Shown one piece after another: positions 49,066 to 63,058 of a DNA stretch of 64,000 bases (positions are counted from its first letter, which is position 1; every line of letters starts with the position of its first letter). A program made the position numbers and the translations under genes. Source of the stretch: Squalus acanthias (Eukaryota); assembly GCA_030390025.1 (NCBI GenBank), contig CM059433.1:15440001-15504000 (forward strand). The letters are read 5' to 3'. A model generated the notes under the pieces. It ran no database searches and had not been told where the DNA came from. It worked only from the letters and a program-made list of their open reading frames with translations.

Positions 49066-52000
49066 TAGAGTCATAATCATAACAGCACAGAAGGAGACCA
49101 TTCAGCCCATCGATTCCATGCCGGCTCTCTGTAGAGCAACCCAGTCAGTCCCATTCCCCCGCTCTATCCCCGTAGCCCTGCACATTTATTTCCCTCAAGT
49201 GCCTATCCCGTCTCCCCTTGAAAACATTGAGTGTCTCCACTTCCACCACTTCCATCGGCAGCGAGTTCCAGGTCCTCACCACTTGCTGCATAAAAAAGTT
49301 TTCCTCACATCCTCCCTGTATCTCTTGCCCAAAACCTTAAATCTGTGTCCCCTAGTCCTTGTACCACCAACTAGTGGGAACAGCCTTTCCCCATCTAGCC
49401 TATCCAAACCCGTCATAGTCTTGTACACCTCTATCAAATCACCCCTCAACCTCCTTTGCTCCAATGAAAACAAATCCAGCTTCACATCCTTCCTAAAGTG
49501 TGATGACCAGAACTGGATGCAATACTCCAGTTGTGGCCTAACTAGCACTTTATAAAGGTTCAGCATAACTTCTCTACTTTTGTACTCAATACCTCTATTT
49601 ATGAAGCCCAAGATCCCATATGCTTTGCTAACCACTCTCTCAATATGTCTTGCCACCTTCAGGGACCTATGCACATTAACTCCCAGGTCCCTCTGTCCCT
49701 GCACACTCTTTAAAACTGTGCCATTAAGTGTATATTGCCTCTCCCTGTTCCTTCTGCCAAAATGCATCACCTCACACTTCTCGGTATTAAATTCCATCTG
49801 CCACTTGTTTGCCCATTCTGCTAGCCTTTCTATGTCCTGTTGCAGTTGATTGGTATCATCTCACTGTTTCCCACACCCTCAAGTTTGGTGACATCGGCAA
49901 ATTTAGAAATTCTACTCTGTATTCCAATATCCAGGTCATTTATATATATATCTTAAAAAGCAGTGGCCCCAGCACTGACCCTTGGGGAACACCACTGTCT
50001 ACCATCCTCCAGTCTGAAAAACAGCCATTTACCACAATTCGCTGTTTTCTGTCCTTAAGCCAATTCCTTTTCCAAGCTGCCACTGACCCACCTATTCCAT
50101 GAGCCTCAATTTTATTAACCAGCCTTCTATGTGGTACTTTGTCAAACGCCTTCCGAAAATCCATGTAGACAACATCCATTGCATTCCCTTCATCAATCCT
50201 CTCTGTTACTTCATCAAAAAATTCAATTAGCCAACCATGATTTGCCTTTTACAAATCCGTGTTGGCTCTTTTTAATTAGGTTAAACCTCTCCAAGTGCCC
50301 GTTAATTTTTTCCTTGATTATTGTTTCTAAAACTTTACCCACCACTGATGTTAAACTGACCGGCCTGTAGTTACTAGGATTGTCCTTACACCCTTTCTTG
50401 AACAATGGTGTCACATTTGCCAATTTGCAATCCTCAGGCACCTCCCCTGTATCTAGGGAAGATTGGAAAATTATGGCAAGCCCTTCCACTATCTCCTCCC
50501 CTAATTCCCTTAGCAACCTGGGATGCAAGCCATCTGGACCAGGCGACTTGTCCACTCTAAGCATACCCAGCCTTTCTAGTACATCCTGTCTATCAATTTT
50601 CACCCCTTCCATTGCTTCTACCTTTTCCACTTCTACCGATATTTTGTCAGTATCCACCTCCTTAGTAAATACCGATACAAAGTACTCATTGAGTATTCTA
50701 GCCTTGCCCTGCGCCTCTAAGCATATATCACCTTCTTTGTCCCTAATAAGCCCCACCCCGCCTCTTACTACCCGCTTACTATTTACATGCCAGTAGAAGA
50801 TTTTTGGGTTCCCTTTTATGTTAACCGCCATTCTACTCTCATATTCTCTCTTTGCCAATCTTATTTTCATCTTCACATCCCCTCTCAACTTATTGTATTT
50901 GGTCTGGTTCTCCCTTGAAGAATTCACCTGACATGCATCATACGCCCTCTTTTTTTGTTTCATCATCTTCTCTATCTCCCTCGTCATCCAAGGAGCCCTT
51001 GCTTTGGTTCCCTTACCCTTCCCTCTTGTTGGAATGTACCTAGCCTGTACTTGGAACATCTCCTCCTCAAAGATCTCCCATTGTTCCATTACAGTTTTTC
51101 CTGTCAGTCTTTGGTTCCATTTTACCCTGACTAGATCCTTTTGCATCCCATTGAAGTTAGCCCTATTCCAGTTTAGAAGTTTCACTCTAGATTGTTCCTT
51201 GCTCCTCTCCATTGCTAATCTAAATCTAATGATACGATGATCACTCGTACCCAAGTGTTCTCCCACAGCCGCTTGGTCGACCTGGCCCACCTCATTCCCC
51301 AGCACCAGATCCAGCAATGCCTCCATCCTAGTTGGACCAAGAACATACTGGTCAAAGAAATTCTCCTAAACACATTTCAGAAATTCCTCCCCCTCCTTTC
51401 CCTTTACCCTAGCATTATCCCAATCAATATTTGGGTAATTAAAGTCACCCAATATCACCACTCTATAGCTATTGCATATCTCTGCAATTTCCCTGCAGAT
51501 TTGCTCATCTACCTCCCTCTCACTATTTGGAGGCCTGTAAAATACCCCCAATAGCGTGATCATACCCTTTTTGCTCCTCAACTCTAACCAATGAATTCTG
51601 TCCTTGTCCCCTCAAGAACATCCTCCCTTTCCAACACTACGATGTCTTCCTTAATCAGCACTGCCACCCCACCTCCCTTTTTTCCTTCCCTATCTTTTCT
51701 GAACACCTTGTACCCTTGAATATTAAGTGCCCAGTCCTCACCATTTTTAAGCCACGTGTCCGTTATTGCCTCAACATCATATTGCCACATGGCTAATTGT
51801 GCTTGTAGCTCACCAACATTATTCACCACACTTTGTGCGTTTACGTACATGCATTCTAAACCCATTTTTGAATTTTTCGTAGTCTTTCTTAGTCTGCTCC
51901 TATCTCATATGGTACTACTTCCGCCTCTAGTACTACTTTCTTCTCTAGTACTATCCAACACACTCACTCTTTTATGCACCTTATTCCTCTTTTCTACTCC

Positions 52001-52838
52001 TATATGCTGGTGCCCATCCCCCTGCCAAGCTAGTTTAAACCCTCCCCAACAGCACTAGCAAACCTCCCCACAAGAATATTGGTCCCGGCTCTGTTGAGGT
52101 GTAACCCGTCCGGCTTGTACAGGTCCCACCTTCCCCAGAAATGGTCCCAATGCCTCAGAAATCTAAAGCGCTCCCTCCTGCACCAACTCTCCAGCCACGT
52201 ATTCATCTGTTCTATCCTCCTATTCCTGTACTCACTAGCACGTGGCACCGGGAGTAATCCGGAGATTACTACCTTTGAGGTCCTGCTTTTTAATCTCTCT
52301 CCTAGCTCCCTAAACTCTGCCTGCAGGACCTCATCCCTCTTTTTGCCTTTGTCGTTGGTACCGATAGAGTGTTCTGCAGCCGCTCAGTGACATCCTTGAC
52401 CCTGGCACCAGGGAGGCAACATACCATCCTGGAGTCACGTCTGCGGCCGCAGAAACACCTGTCTGCTCCCCAACTATTGAATCCCCTCCCACTATTGCTC
52501 TTCCACTCTTTTTCCTCCCCACCTGTGCAGCTGAGCCACCCGTGGTGCCGTGGACTTGACTCTGGCTGCACTCCCCAGAGGAACCATCGTCCCCGCCAGT
52601 ACTCAGAACAGTATACTGGTGGGAGAGCGTGATGCACTCAGGGGACTCCTGCACTACCTGCCTGGTCCTCCTCTTCTGTCTGGCGGTCATCCATTCCCTC
52701 TCTGCCTGCATACTCTTAAGCTGCGGGGTGACCACCTTCGGAAACGTGCTATCCACGTAACTCTCAGCCTCGCGGACGCACCGCGGTGACTCCAGCTGCC
52801 GCCTCCGCTGCTCGGCTCTCACTCAGGTTCGCGCTCTG
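49066..52838 (-). mobile_element. CR1 LINE with ORF1 SGNH/GDSL esterase remnant and ORF2, degenerate
   Basis: ORF1 GDSIV...CLPGARVKDV...DGLHLN; ORF2 EN and RT fragments 49276-51865. Confidence 0.9.
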
Positions 52839-55172
52839 GAGGAGAGAGAGGTAGAGGCGGAGGGGTTTAGGGAGGGAATTCCAGAGCTTAGGGCCTTGAC
52901 AACTGAAGGTACAGCTGCCAACGGAGGGGCGATGGAAATTGGGGATGCACAACAGGCCAGAATTGGAGGAGCGCAGAGTTCTCGGAGGGTTGTAGAGCTG
53001 GAGGACGTTACAGAGATAGAGAGGAGTGGGGCCATGGAGGGACCTGAACAAAAAGATGAGAATTTTAAATTTGCAAAACATATCAGTATCCCTCTGGCTC
53101 CGTCAATCCACTATCCAGTTTGAAATCAAGACCCACGTTATTAAATGGTCTGCATCTGATTAGCTAATAAAAATGATTTAACAATAAGTCTTTTTGTACA
53201 ATCAGTGCTGCTTTTATTCCAGTTCAACTTGATCATATTATAGTCGTGATGCTGTTAAACTGAAGCGTACAGCACAAAGCACAAAGCCACAAATGTGACA
53301 GAATTCTCATTTTGTAAATTGAAAAATCTAGCTGAAAAGCCAAGTCCAAAGTACGGAGTGTTACAAAGGCTGAGCGACTCAGGGGAAAAGAATGATTGGA
53401 TAATGCCAAGCTTTGGTTCTATGGATTGTAGAGAAAAGAAAGACTGAGGAAGGTAATATAAAGAGAAACTGCTGGAAATATTCAGCAGGTCAGACAGCAT
53501 CTGTGGGGAGAGAAACAGAGTTAATGTTTCAGGTCTGTGACTTTTTGTCAAAACTGGAAAACGTTACAGATGTAACAGGTTTTAAAAAAGTACAGGTGCA
53601 AGGAAAGTGGGGGTGGGGGGCGGCGGGGGGGTTGGGGGGGGGGTTAGGAAAGAACAAAAGGCAAGGTTTGTGATACGGTGAAAGGCAGGAGTGATTAAAT
53701 GAACAGCAGAATCATTACCAGCACCTGCTGTCCGAAAATAATGGGAGCAGTGGTTATGATCTGAAACTGCTGAACTCTAAGTTAAGTCCAGAAGCTGTAT
53801 GTAAAGTGAGGAAGGTACAGTGTTCCACAGTTTCAAGATCCTGGGAAGGATTGAGTTTGAGTAGAAGATGGTGCAATGACTCTTGATTTCAGCACGGTGA
53901 GGATACAGGGAGGGAAAACAAGGGAAAAGTTCAGAAATGCAATGCCCATAGCAGTATTTATTTATATAGAGACAAGAGAGCATGTCACAAAGAAAGAGAG
54001 AGAGAGAGAGAGGTTAGAGGATAGAGATAAGAAGAGGATTGCTATCAGACTACAAGCTTTTTCTTGTATCCTGTCCAGAGAGGAATGTCAGAGTGACTGA
54101 TGCTCTCTTCAATTCTGCCTGGGAAAGAATGAATGGGTAAAACACACAGCAGCCAATTTTGTGGAAGAAGATCCAGCAAGAACAAAGGCAGGACCGTAAG
54201 CTGTATATACTACTGGCCATATGAGTGACGGGAAGTCAAAGAGGAAACTAACAGAATTAAGTAATGAAGCAGTTGCTGATAATAGCAAGTATGCATTGCT
54301 GTTGTTGAATAGTTCGGTATCTGCCTCAAGGTCAGCCACCAAAAGTGTCTCATCACACAAATGATCAATGTTAAAAGTAAATGTGTCGTTGAAATGTTTC
54401 TGAAACCTCATGTAATACTTTTCTGTAAATGTCAACATTTTTGCTGAATATTACGTTCAAGTTAAGGGCTGGGTTCTTTGCCCTCATGCCAGCAAAAGGT
54501 ATTAGTTGCACAAGTTAGGTATTAGAGAGGTTAGATGTGAGGTAACGATCCCTCTACACCTTCTCTACAGTATGTCTCAAGTGTGAACCTCAAGAGAGTA
54601 CCAATGTGCCATTTCCACTTCTGACACAGCCAACCTTGCGGTCTTGCCATGGGGCTGGCTTATAAGCTGTTTCTGGAGGGGGTTTGCATCCACTTGGAGC
54701 TGAGTTGGCAGTCCTCAAACTCCATTGTTTTCGGACCCCAGCAGTTGACATATAGGAAATGTGCTGGATTGAAATACAAGCCAAAAAGACAAAAGAACAA
54801 CATTTTAACTCATTTAGTCCCCAGAAAATAAAACATTTGTGACTCAAAAACACAGAATCACACTTGTATCAATAAAGAAATGGTCCATTTTTTATATAAA
54901 TTAGCAACAGTTCTTGTTCACATGTTTGTTTTTCCAAACAAGGTTTTCCATTTCCACCTGTACAACTTAATTGCAGAGGACAGGACCATACATTTAGAAG
55001 TTATCTTTATACTTTCCATTGCTGATTTTAGTGGCCCCTGGAGAGCTGTGGTTGGTTAGATCTTGTCTCCAAAATGTTGTGTCGAACTGCTTATGAAGTT
55101 ATTTCAAAGTGCAATAGCTACACCTGCTGGCAAGATCACTGTACTGCATGGACATAAACTGAGGTTTATATT

Positions 55173-55914
55173 GGCCCAGAAATTGATCCCGCGACGCGAG
55201 AGTACACACTGCGTACTCTCGCGTATTCCCACTCCAATTGCCGGTTTTCTGCATGCCCTGTGCATGCGCTGAAAACCGGCACTTGCTCTTTTGAAAAGGG
55301 GGCGGTTCCTTGGTGCATCGCGTGCGCGCTACAGGCTGCGCGCACACTGTGCACTTCATGCTTTGGACGCGCAGGTAAGTACGGAAGATTTTAGAAATGG
55401 AAAAAGGAGGAGTAAGACCCACTTTTAACAAGGTAAGTAGTGAATTAAGTATTTTTTTGAATTTTTTTTAACAGGTATATCTTTTTTAGAGACTTTAAAG
55501 ACAGGTAAGTTTATTTTTATAACTTTTTAAAAGATTTTAAATTTTTTCAAAAATTTAATTTTTTATTTAAAATGGTTAATTTATTTAACTATACTTATTT
55601 TATTAATGTGATGGTTTTTTTTTAATTTAATTGAGGTTTAGCTGTTATTTTGGGGGGGTGTAAGATTCATAGATTTCACAGCACGTATGTGAAACTTATG
55701 AATGGAAGATGGTGTGCTGCCATTGGCTCTAACTGAGTCACGTGATCCCACAGCTCGCACAAATTCACTACGCCGCTGGGATACGCAAGCACTGCCCAGC
55801 TGATGTCTGGAACATCAAGTTCGTGCGAGCTGGATCTGAAAAAGCACAAGCGGAGTGAGAGATCGCGGGGAAGCCTTACCCCCGCGGGAACAGAGCGAGA
55901 TCAATTTCTGGGCC
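55173..55914. mobile_element. Harbinger-type MITE
   Basis: Perfect 16-bp TIR GGCCCAGAAATTGATC / GATCAATTTCTGGGCC with 3-bp ATT TSD. Confidence 0.85.
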
Positions 55915-56599
55915 ATTGTACCACTAAAGCCTATACACAGCTCATGAAAATTCTAGCTGGTTTGGGACATAGAAACAAAATCAAACTTTGAAAAAAATAT
56001 ATGCAACTACAATTAAGGATGAAAAAATGAAAAGTACCAACTCTTGAACTGTACAGTGATTTATTATTTGTTATTAATTTTAGGTTAAACTTTCTAATCT
56101 TACCAATTACATGTAGAGGAAAAATACCTGTGCAGAAACAAGACAAATCCAAAGGACTTAATGATAAGCTAAATATACCTCAGCCAAATGTAACTTTACC
56201 TCATAGTTAAAACATTCAACAAACAAAACAAACAGGTTGAACAGAGTGGAGCAATACAGGCTTGGCAGTAAGGGAAGAGGGAGTAGAAAATGATTTGAGT
56301 GAATCCTATTTATGCAAGCAGGATGAATTACATTTTCTCATCTTATGTTCTTACCCGCCAGCACAGCCTCAGAGATAGATTTCAAACCCAATTTAAGTTT
56401 TAGACTGGGCAATTCAGCTCTGAGTGAGCTCTCCAAAAATATTTTAGAAGTAAACGGGACATCAAGATGCTGGGTTTCTAAAACAAAAGGAGCCCATTTT
56501 TACATTTCAGCAGTAATTTTGCAAGGTTTTGCTCCCATCATCAAACCTTGTTAAGAAGGAGCCCGGGTTACAGAATCGGTGTTACAGCCCTATTTCTGA

Positions 56600-57215
56600 C
56601 ATAGGAAAATAGGACCAGGAGGAGGCCATTCAGCCCCTTCAGCCAGTTCTGCCATTCATTTAAATCATGGCTTATCTGTACCTCAACTCCATTTACCCGC
56701 CTTTGATCCATATCCCTTGATACCCTTACCTGATAAAAAATCTGTCGCGTTCAGTCTTGAAAAATTCATTTGACCCAGCATCCACAGCCTTTTGGGGAGA
56801 GAATTCTACATTTCCACTACCCTTTGTGTGAAAAAGTGCTTCCTGATTTCACTCCTGAATGACGTAACTCTAATTTTCAGATTGTGCCCCCCTTGTTCTG
56901 GATTCCCCACCAGAGTAAACAGGTTATCTGTATCTACTTTATCGAAAAATGTCAACATTTTTAACTCCTTAATTAGATCACCCTCAACCTTCTAAACTCA
57001 AAGGTACCCCCTCCAAGACCAATATATCCTTCCTGAGGTTACAGAGCCCAAAACTGAACGTAGCATCCAGATGAGGTCTGACAAAGGCTCTGTACAACTG
57101 AACCATAACTTCCTCCCCCTTGTAGTCCAACCCTCTTTGAGATAAAGGCCAACATTCTATTAGCCTTTTTGATTGCTTTTTGTATCTGTGCACTAGCTTT
57201 TAGTGATTGGTGTAC
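56600..57215 (-). mobile_element. CR1 3' fragment
   Basis: KAIKKANRMLAFI, VQLYRAFVRPHL, CR1-like 3' UTR. Confidence 0.7.
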
Positions 57216-59109
57216 CTGTTGTGCACCATAGAAGCACTTTGGTAAAATACACTGACAGCACTCTAGCTCTGGTGCGTAAGGCTTGAGCACTGTAGCCAGC
57301 ATATGTTGTCAGGGCCCATAGCCTTTGCTGTGTCCAGGGCAGTCAGCCACTTTGTGGAGTGAACCAAATTGACCGGACACTGATATCTATGCTGGTGGGG
57401 ACCTCAGAAGGAGATCAAATAGGATTATCCACTTAGGTTGAAAACACTTTCAAACAGTTCATCTTTGTCTCTTGAACTCATGTGCAGGATTCCACCATGG
57501 TTGATGATGAGGATGTTCATGAAACCTTATCCTCTTGTTAGCTGCCTGTTTACGACCATCAGTCTTGACTGGGCATGGTAAAGTAGACAGCTTTGCTCTG
57601 ATCCATTGGTTATGGGACCATTTAGCTCCATCCATAGCCTGCTACTTTTGATGCTTAGCATGCAGGTAGTCCTGCGTAATAGCTTCACGAGGTTTGCAAC
57701 TCATTCTAAGGTATTGCTGGTGCTGCTCCTGGCACACTCTTCTACACCCCACATTGCACCAGTGTTGGTCTCCTGGCTTACCGGTGATCAAGGAATAGGG
57801 TTTGTGCGGATCCATGGGGTTTCAGATTGTGGTGGTATACCATTCTGCTGCAGCTGATGGCTCTCAGTGCGTCCTTAGTATTGTAAGGAAAGGGTTAATC
57901 AGTCTGGCAGCAGAATTTTTCCGACTGACTTGAAGTGATCTGATGACTTGTGCTAACATATTACTGCTAGTGATTTGTCTTTATATCGTAGTAATGTTAA
58001 TTTTTAACCATTTTTTAAATGGAGAAGTATGATTCTTAAACTGCAATGTCTTAATTTCTTCAGATGGTGACCACTGAGCTTTTGAACTGAGAACTGACCC
58101 TTACAGCACCGGCAGTTAAGTTAGTTGAAGACGTGCTGGTCCTAAGTTTGAGAGAATTATTGCACTCAGATAACTGCCAGAACGGATGGAGCGGGGGAGC
58201 GCGGTAGCACCTCTAAAGCCCAGGGACATGGAGGCCCTGCCGATATTAATGGCAGGACCTCATTAACATTTTCTTCATCTGTTTCCCGCCAGCAGCCAAC
58301 CAAATTGACAGGCTGGCCGCTGCCGGGCAGGAAAACCAGCGACAGGAGGCCGCAGCCAGGGACCATTGGGGATTGTGCCTGGCAATTGAGAGAGATCAGG
58401 GCTCAGGATTGAAGCGAGGGAAAGAGGGACAGAGCCCGGTAGGAGACTCAAGATTGCAATTTGTTGAGAGGAGATCTCAGAGCCAGGCAGGAGGCAGAAC
58501 TTGGTGGGAAGAAGGGGTGGGTCACAGCCCAGAAGCGCAGAGAGGCCGCAATCGGCAGAAGGGAGGTCGAAGGCTTCCTTGATGAGCTGAGGGAGCACTG
58601 CTGCTCACATGGAGTGCTCTAAAAAGCACTAACCTGCTGCAGCCGGCAGCTCTCACCTCTATTTCACTGCCAGGTTTCCCGAGCTCTGGGAAACCCGGCA
58701 GGCAGTTGCTAAATTTTATTCAGGCTCCCAACTGTACTGTGGGAGCTTGATTTAAATATAATGAATTGGCCTGCCTGTAAAAATGGTGGCAGGTGCGTAT
58801 GCAGCGAGTTGGGAAAGGGTTCCCTGATTTTTTATTTTTAACCCCCCTACCACCCCCGACCCATGCCCTCCCATTGGGCGGGGGTTAATATCAAGACCAT
58901 TGTCTTTTTAATTAGAATTTAGAATCAGGGACCAGTGCTGCATGATACAGAATCAAAGACAGACTTAGAATTAGTTTCACTTGGTGGGATAACAAGTATA
59001 TATAGGAAGAGATAATTTCTGGTAAGATAACAAAATAGGGAGTTATACTGATCTCACTAGCCCAATGGAAAAAGTGCTCGTTAGTGGGGACTTAGCAATA
59101 ACTGAGTTA

Positions 59110-59955
59110 CATAGATCTAACCTTTTGGATGAGACGTTAAAACGAGGCCCCGTCTACTCTCTCAGGTGGATGTAAAAGATCCCATAGCACTATTTCATAG
59201 AAACACAGAAAAATAGGAGCAGGAGTAGGCCATTCGGTCCTTCGAGCCCGCTCTGCCATTCAATATGATCATGGCTGATCCTCTATCTCAATACCATATT
59301 CCCGCTCTCGCCCCGTACCCCTTGATGCCTTTTGTGTCTAGAAATCTATCTATCTCCTTCTTAAATATATTCAGTGACTTGGCCTCCACAACCTTCTGTG
59401 GTAGAGAATTCCACAGGTTCACCACCCTCTGAGTGAAGAAATTTCTCCTCATCTCAGTCCTAAATGTCCTACCCCGTATCCTGAGACTGTGACCCCTCAT
59501 TCTAGACCCCCCCAGCCAGGGGAAACATCCTTCCTGCATCCAGTCTGTCTAGCCCTGTCAGAATTGTATACGTTTCAATGAGATCCCCTCTCATTCTTCT
59601 AAACTCTAGTGAATACAGGCCTAGTCGACCCAATCTCTCCTCATACGACAGTCCTGCCATTCCAGGAATCAGTCTGGTGAAACTTCGCTGCACTCCCTCT
59701 ATGCTAAGTTTCGAAGAAGAGCAGGGGAGTTATCCTCGGTGTCCTGGCCAATATTTATCCCTCAATCAACATCACTAAAAAACAATTATCTGGTCATTAT
59801 TACATTGCTGTTTGTGGGAGCTTGCTGTGTGCAAAATGGCTGTTGAGTTTCCCACATTACAACAGTGACTACACTTCAAAAAGAAGTACTTCATTGGCTG
59901 TAAAGTGCTTTGGGATGTCCGGCGAAGGTGCTATGTAAATGCAAGTCTTTCTTTT
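59110..59955 (+). mobile_element. Deu-domain SINE interrupted by a CR1 3' fragment (59197-59702, minus strand)
   Basis: GTAAAAGATCCCATAGCACTATTTC continues as GAAGAAGAGCAGGGGAG after the CR1 piece. Confidence 0.75.
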
Positions 59956-60109
59956 CTATGTACTCTATGTCATAGAGTAATTGATAAAGGTATAATTTAA
60001 AAGTTTGGACAGTTTAGTTTGCAGAATCGTGGAGATCAGTAAGAAAGGTAATGGCGAGATTGCTGATTTAAAGGAATGGGATAGATGCAGAGCCAGGTGA
60101 GACACAGAG

Positions 60110-60930
60110 CTGCCTCTTCCACTACTTGATGGGGCTGCTCCTCAATTTTTGGTTGCACTTCAATCCCACGCTCCTGATCTTTGGTCACCCGGTGCTGGGG
60201 GGAGCGGGCAAGTCGGAAGAACTCCTCGTGGGACTGCTCCTGGGCCTGGCCAAGGGTGCCATTAACAGGTCCAGGCAGCGGGCAGTCGAAGGGGTCGTTC
60301 GGTCCCGACTGCCTACCTCTCTGTGTCAGCTGTGGCTCAATTGGTAGCACACTCGCCTGTGAGTCAGAGGTGGGTTCAAGTCCCACTCCAGGGATTTGTA
60401 CACATAAAGCTAGGCTGACACTCCAGTGCAGTGCTGAGGGTAGTCCTGCACTGTTGGAGGTGCTGTCTTTCAGATGAGATGTTAAACTGAGGCCCTGTCT
60501 GCTCTCTCAGGTGGATGTAAAAGATCCCATGGCCACTATTTCGAAGAAGAGTAGGGGAGTTATCCCTGGTGTCCTGGGCCAATATTTATCCCTCAACCAA
60601 CATAACAAAAAACAGATTATCTGGTCTGTTTGTGGGAGCTTGCTGTGTGCAGATTGGCTGCTGTGTTTCCCACATTGCAACAGTGACTCTACTTCATTGC
60701 CTGTAAAGTGGTCGTGAAAGGCGCTATATAAATGCAAGTCTTTCTTTTCCATGGCTACGTTCACACTCGGGTGTTCCTGGAGATGGAGCATGCGGTGTCC
60801 ACCGGCATGCTTGAGGCCTTCCGCGACCGGTAGGGACTGGAGTGCATCATCACTCCGGGGAATAGAATTTTAATTTAATTTGTTAAGTTTCCTTTTAATT
60901 TTGGTTAAGTTACAGTTTTTATTGCTTGTG
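60110..60930 (+). mobile_element. L1/Tx1-like LINE 3' fragment split by the SINE at 60321-60750
   Basis: LLVGLLLGLAKGAINRSR...; coding-like sequence resumes FHGYVHTRVFLEMEH after the SINE. Confidence 0.55.
60321..60750 (+). mobile_element. tRNA-derived DeuSINE-like element (further copies about 19694-20030, 21870-22145, 61800-62120)
   Basis: A box TGGCTCAATTGG, B box GGTTCAAGTCC, central GATGTAAAAGATCCCATGGC..GAAGAG..GGGAGT..CCTGG block, tail GCGCTATATAAATGCAAGTCTTTC. Confidence 0.75.
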
Positions 60931-61019
60931 CCCCTTTAAGAAAGTGGGGGGGGAAATATGCTTAACTTTAAATTGGCAATTGCCAGCAAGGAGAGTGAGA
61001 CCCACAGAGTTGTGCTTGA

Positions 61020-61560
61020 GGCAGTCAGGGTCTGAAACCAATCCTGGGCACCGCCCGCCCCAGGTGCGTGCGTGATTGACAGGGGTAACGGACCAATGGT
61101 GTCGCGGATGCGGCCCAGCTGATGACGTATCCGACGTATATTAGCATACGCCGGAAGCACTGCGGGAAGGCGGGACTTCCGGTGCGAGGCTGCCATGGAG
61201 AGGGAGGAGGAAGCGACGGCGGTGCCGATTGACGAGATCAGTCAGCTGCGTATTACGGGTGTCTGGACTGTCCTGTTGTCCGTGAGTAAATGAGGCAGGG
61301 AGAGAGGGAGTGGTCTGCTGTAAGGACAGAGGCGGGCGCTGGCGGCCACCGAGAGTCGACACGCCGCAGCGGCTCGCCTTCTCTGGGTGACGCGGGCTCA
61401 GCCGTTGCTAAGGTGGCGGCAGCGGGGACCGACGTCATCTCTCCGCGACGGTGACGTCGGCCAGCTCCACGAGCTGCAGTGTTGGTGCTATGTTGGGGAA
61501 GAGAGCCAGCAAAGCAGGCAGAGCAGAGCCAGAACCGGTTCATCGGCTGCAGCTGTGATG
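61020..61560 (+). promoter_or_regulatory. CpG-island promoter of an unidentified host gene
   Basis: CpG-dense non-repeat segment with CCAAT (61038, 61093), GC box (about 61052), TGACGT (about 61123), ETS/GABP-type CCGGAAG (61151) and ACTTCCGG (61175). Confidence 0.7.
61195..61281 (+). CDS. Candidate first coding exon (MEREEEATAVPIDEISQLRITGVWTVLLS), gene not identified
   Basis: Strong Kozak GCCATGG directly after the promoter motifs; GTGAGT donor at 61282. Confidence 0.45.
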
Positions 61561-62119
61561 AGTTGCAAGAATGCAATAAAATGTGTTTTTTTTAAAAAAA
61601 GTTGCATCCACCAACAAGGATTGGCAGATTGATGTGTCTATCTTGGAAATAGCACAACTTCGTGTAATAACAACAGAAAACGCTGGAAAAACTCAGCAGG
61701 CCAGGCAGCATCCGTGGAGAGAGAAACATAGTTAACGTTTCAGGTCGAAGACCTTTTGTCAGAACTTCGTGTATTCAGTTTAGTTCATTACCTTTGCCAT
61801 TCTGTGGCTCAGTGGGTAGCACTCGCACCTCTTGAGTCACCTAGGTCGTGGGTTCAAGTCCCAAGTGTGAATGTAAGTGTGTCAGCATTGGCTCAATGGT
61901 AGCAGTCTTGGCGTACTCCAGAAACTTTGAGCGCATAATTCTCAAGTGCATTATTGAGGGAGTGCTGCACCATCGGATGTGCTGTCTCTCGGATGAGGGG
62001 TTAAACCGAGGCCCCGTCTACCCTCTCAGGTCGAAGTAAAAGATCCTGTAGCACCAGTCAATGAAGAGCAGGGGTTCTGGCCAGTACTTATCCCTTAACC
62101 AACATCACTAAAAACATTA

Positions 62120-63058
62120 ATACAAAAGCAAAATACTGTGGATGCTGGAAATCTGAAATAAAAACAGAAAATGCTGGAAAAACTCAGCAGGTCAGGCAGC
62201 ATCTGTGGAGAGAGAAACAGTTAACGTTTCAGGTCGATAACCCTTTGTCAGAACTGGAAAAAGCTGGAGATGTATCAGATTTTAAGCAAGGGGAGGGGGG
62301 GGGGGAAGAACAAAAGGGAAGGTCTGTGATAGGATAGAAGGCAGGAGAAATTAAGAGACATTGAGATGGTGCAAAGCAATAGGAGATGGTAATGGGACAA
62401 GTTAAGAAACAAAAGATGGCTCATGATGAAGATGGCTCATGATGAAGTGTAAATGGCACTGGCAGAATGAAAGACAGCTACCATGTGGGAGAGAGAAGGA
62501 AAAAAAATAAGATAAAATAAATGGAAAAGAAAGGATAGGGGCAGAGGTTATGGTCTGAAATTGTTGAACTCTATGTTGAGTCCAGAAGGCTGTAAAGTGC
62601 AGAATCAAAAGATGAGGTGCTGTTCCTCAAGCTTACGTTGAGCTTCATTGGAACAGTGTAAGAGGACGGTGAGGTCCGAGTGGGAATGGAGCGGAGAATT
62701 AAAGTGACAGGCGACCGGAAGCTCGGGGTCACCCTTACGGTCTGAACGGAGGTGTTCCGCAAAGCGGTCACCCAATCTGCGTTTGGTCGCCCCAGTGTAG
62801 AGGAGACCGCATCGTGAGCAGCGAATACAGTATACTAAATTGCAAGAAGTACAAGTGAATCGCTGTTTCACCTGGAAGGAGTATTTGGGGCCCTGGACAG
62901 TGAGAAGGGTGGAGGTAAAAGGGCATATGTTGCATCTCCTGCACTTACACGGGAAGGTGCCGGGGGAAGGGGTGTTGGGGGTGATAGAGGAGTGGACCAG
63001 GGTGTCGCGGAGGGAGCGGTCCCTTCGGAATGCTGAAAGAGGGGGGAGGGGAAGATGT
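62120..63058 (-). mobile_element. Penelope-like element 3' part (GIY-YIG endonuclease remnant)
   Basis: FTCTSCNLVYCIRCSRCGLLYTGATKRRLGDRFAEH in ORF 62605-63144. Confidence 0.88.

Noticed and set aside
54109..54438. 109-aa ORF in non-repeat-looking DNA as a host exon
   Set aside because: No recognisable domain or convincing splice context
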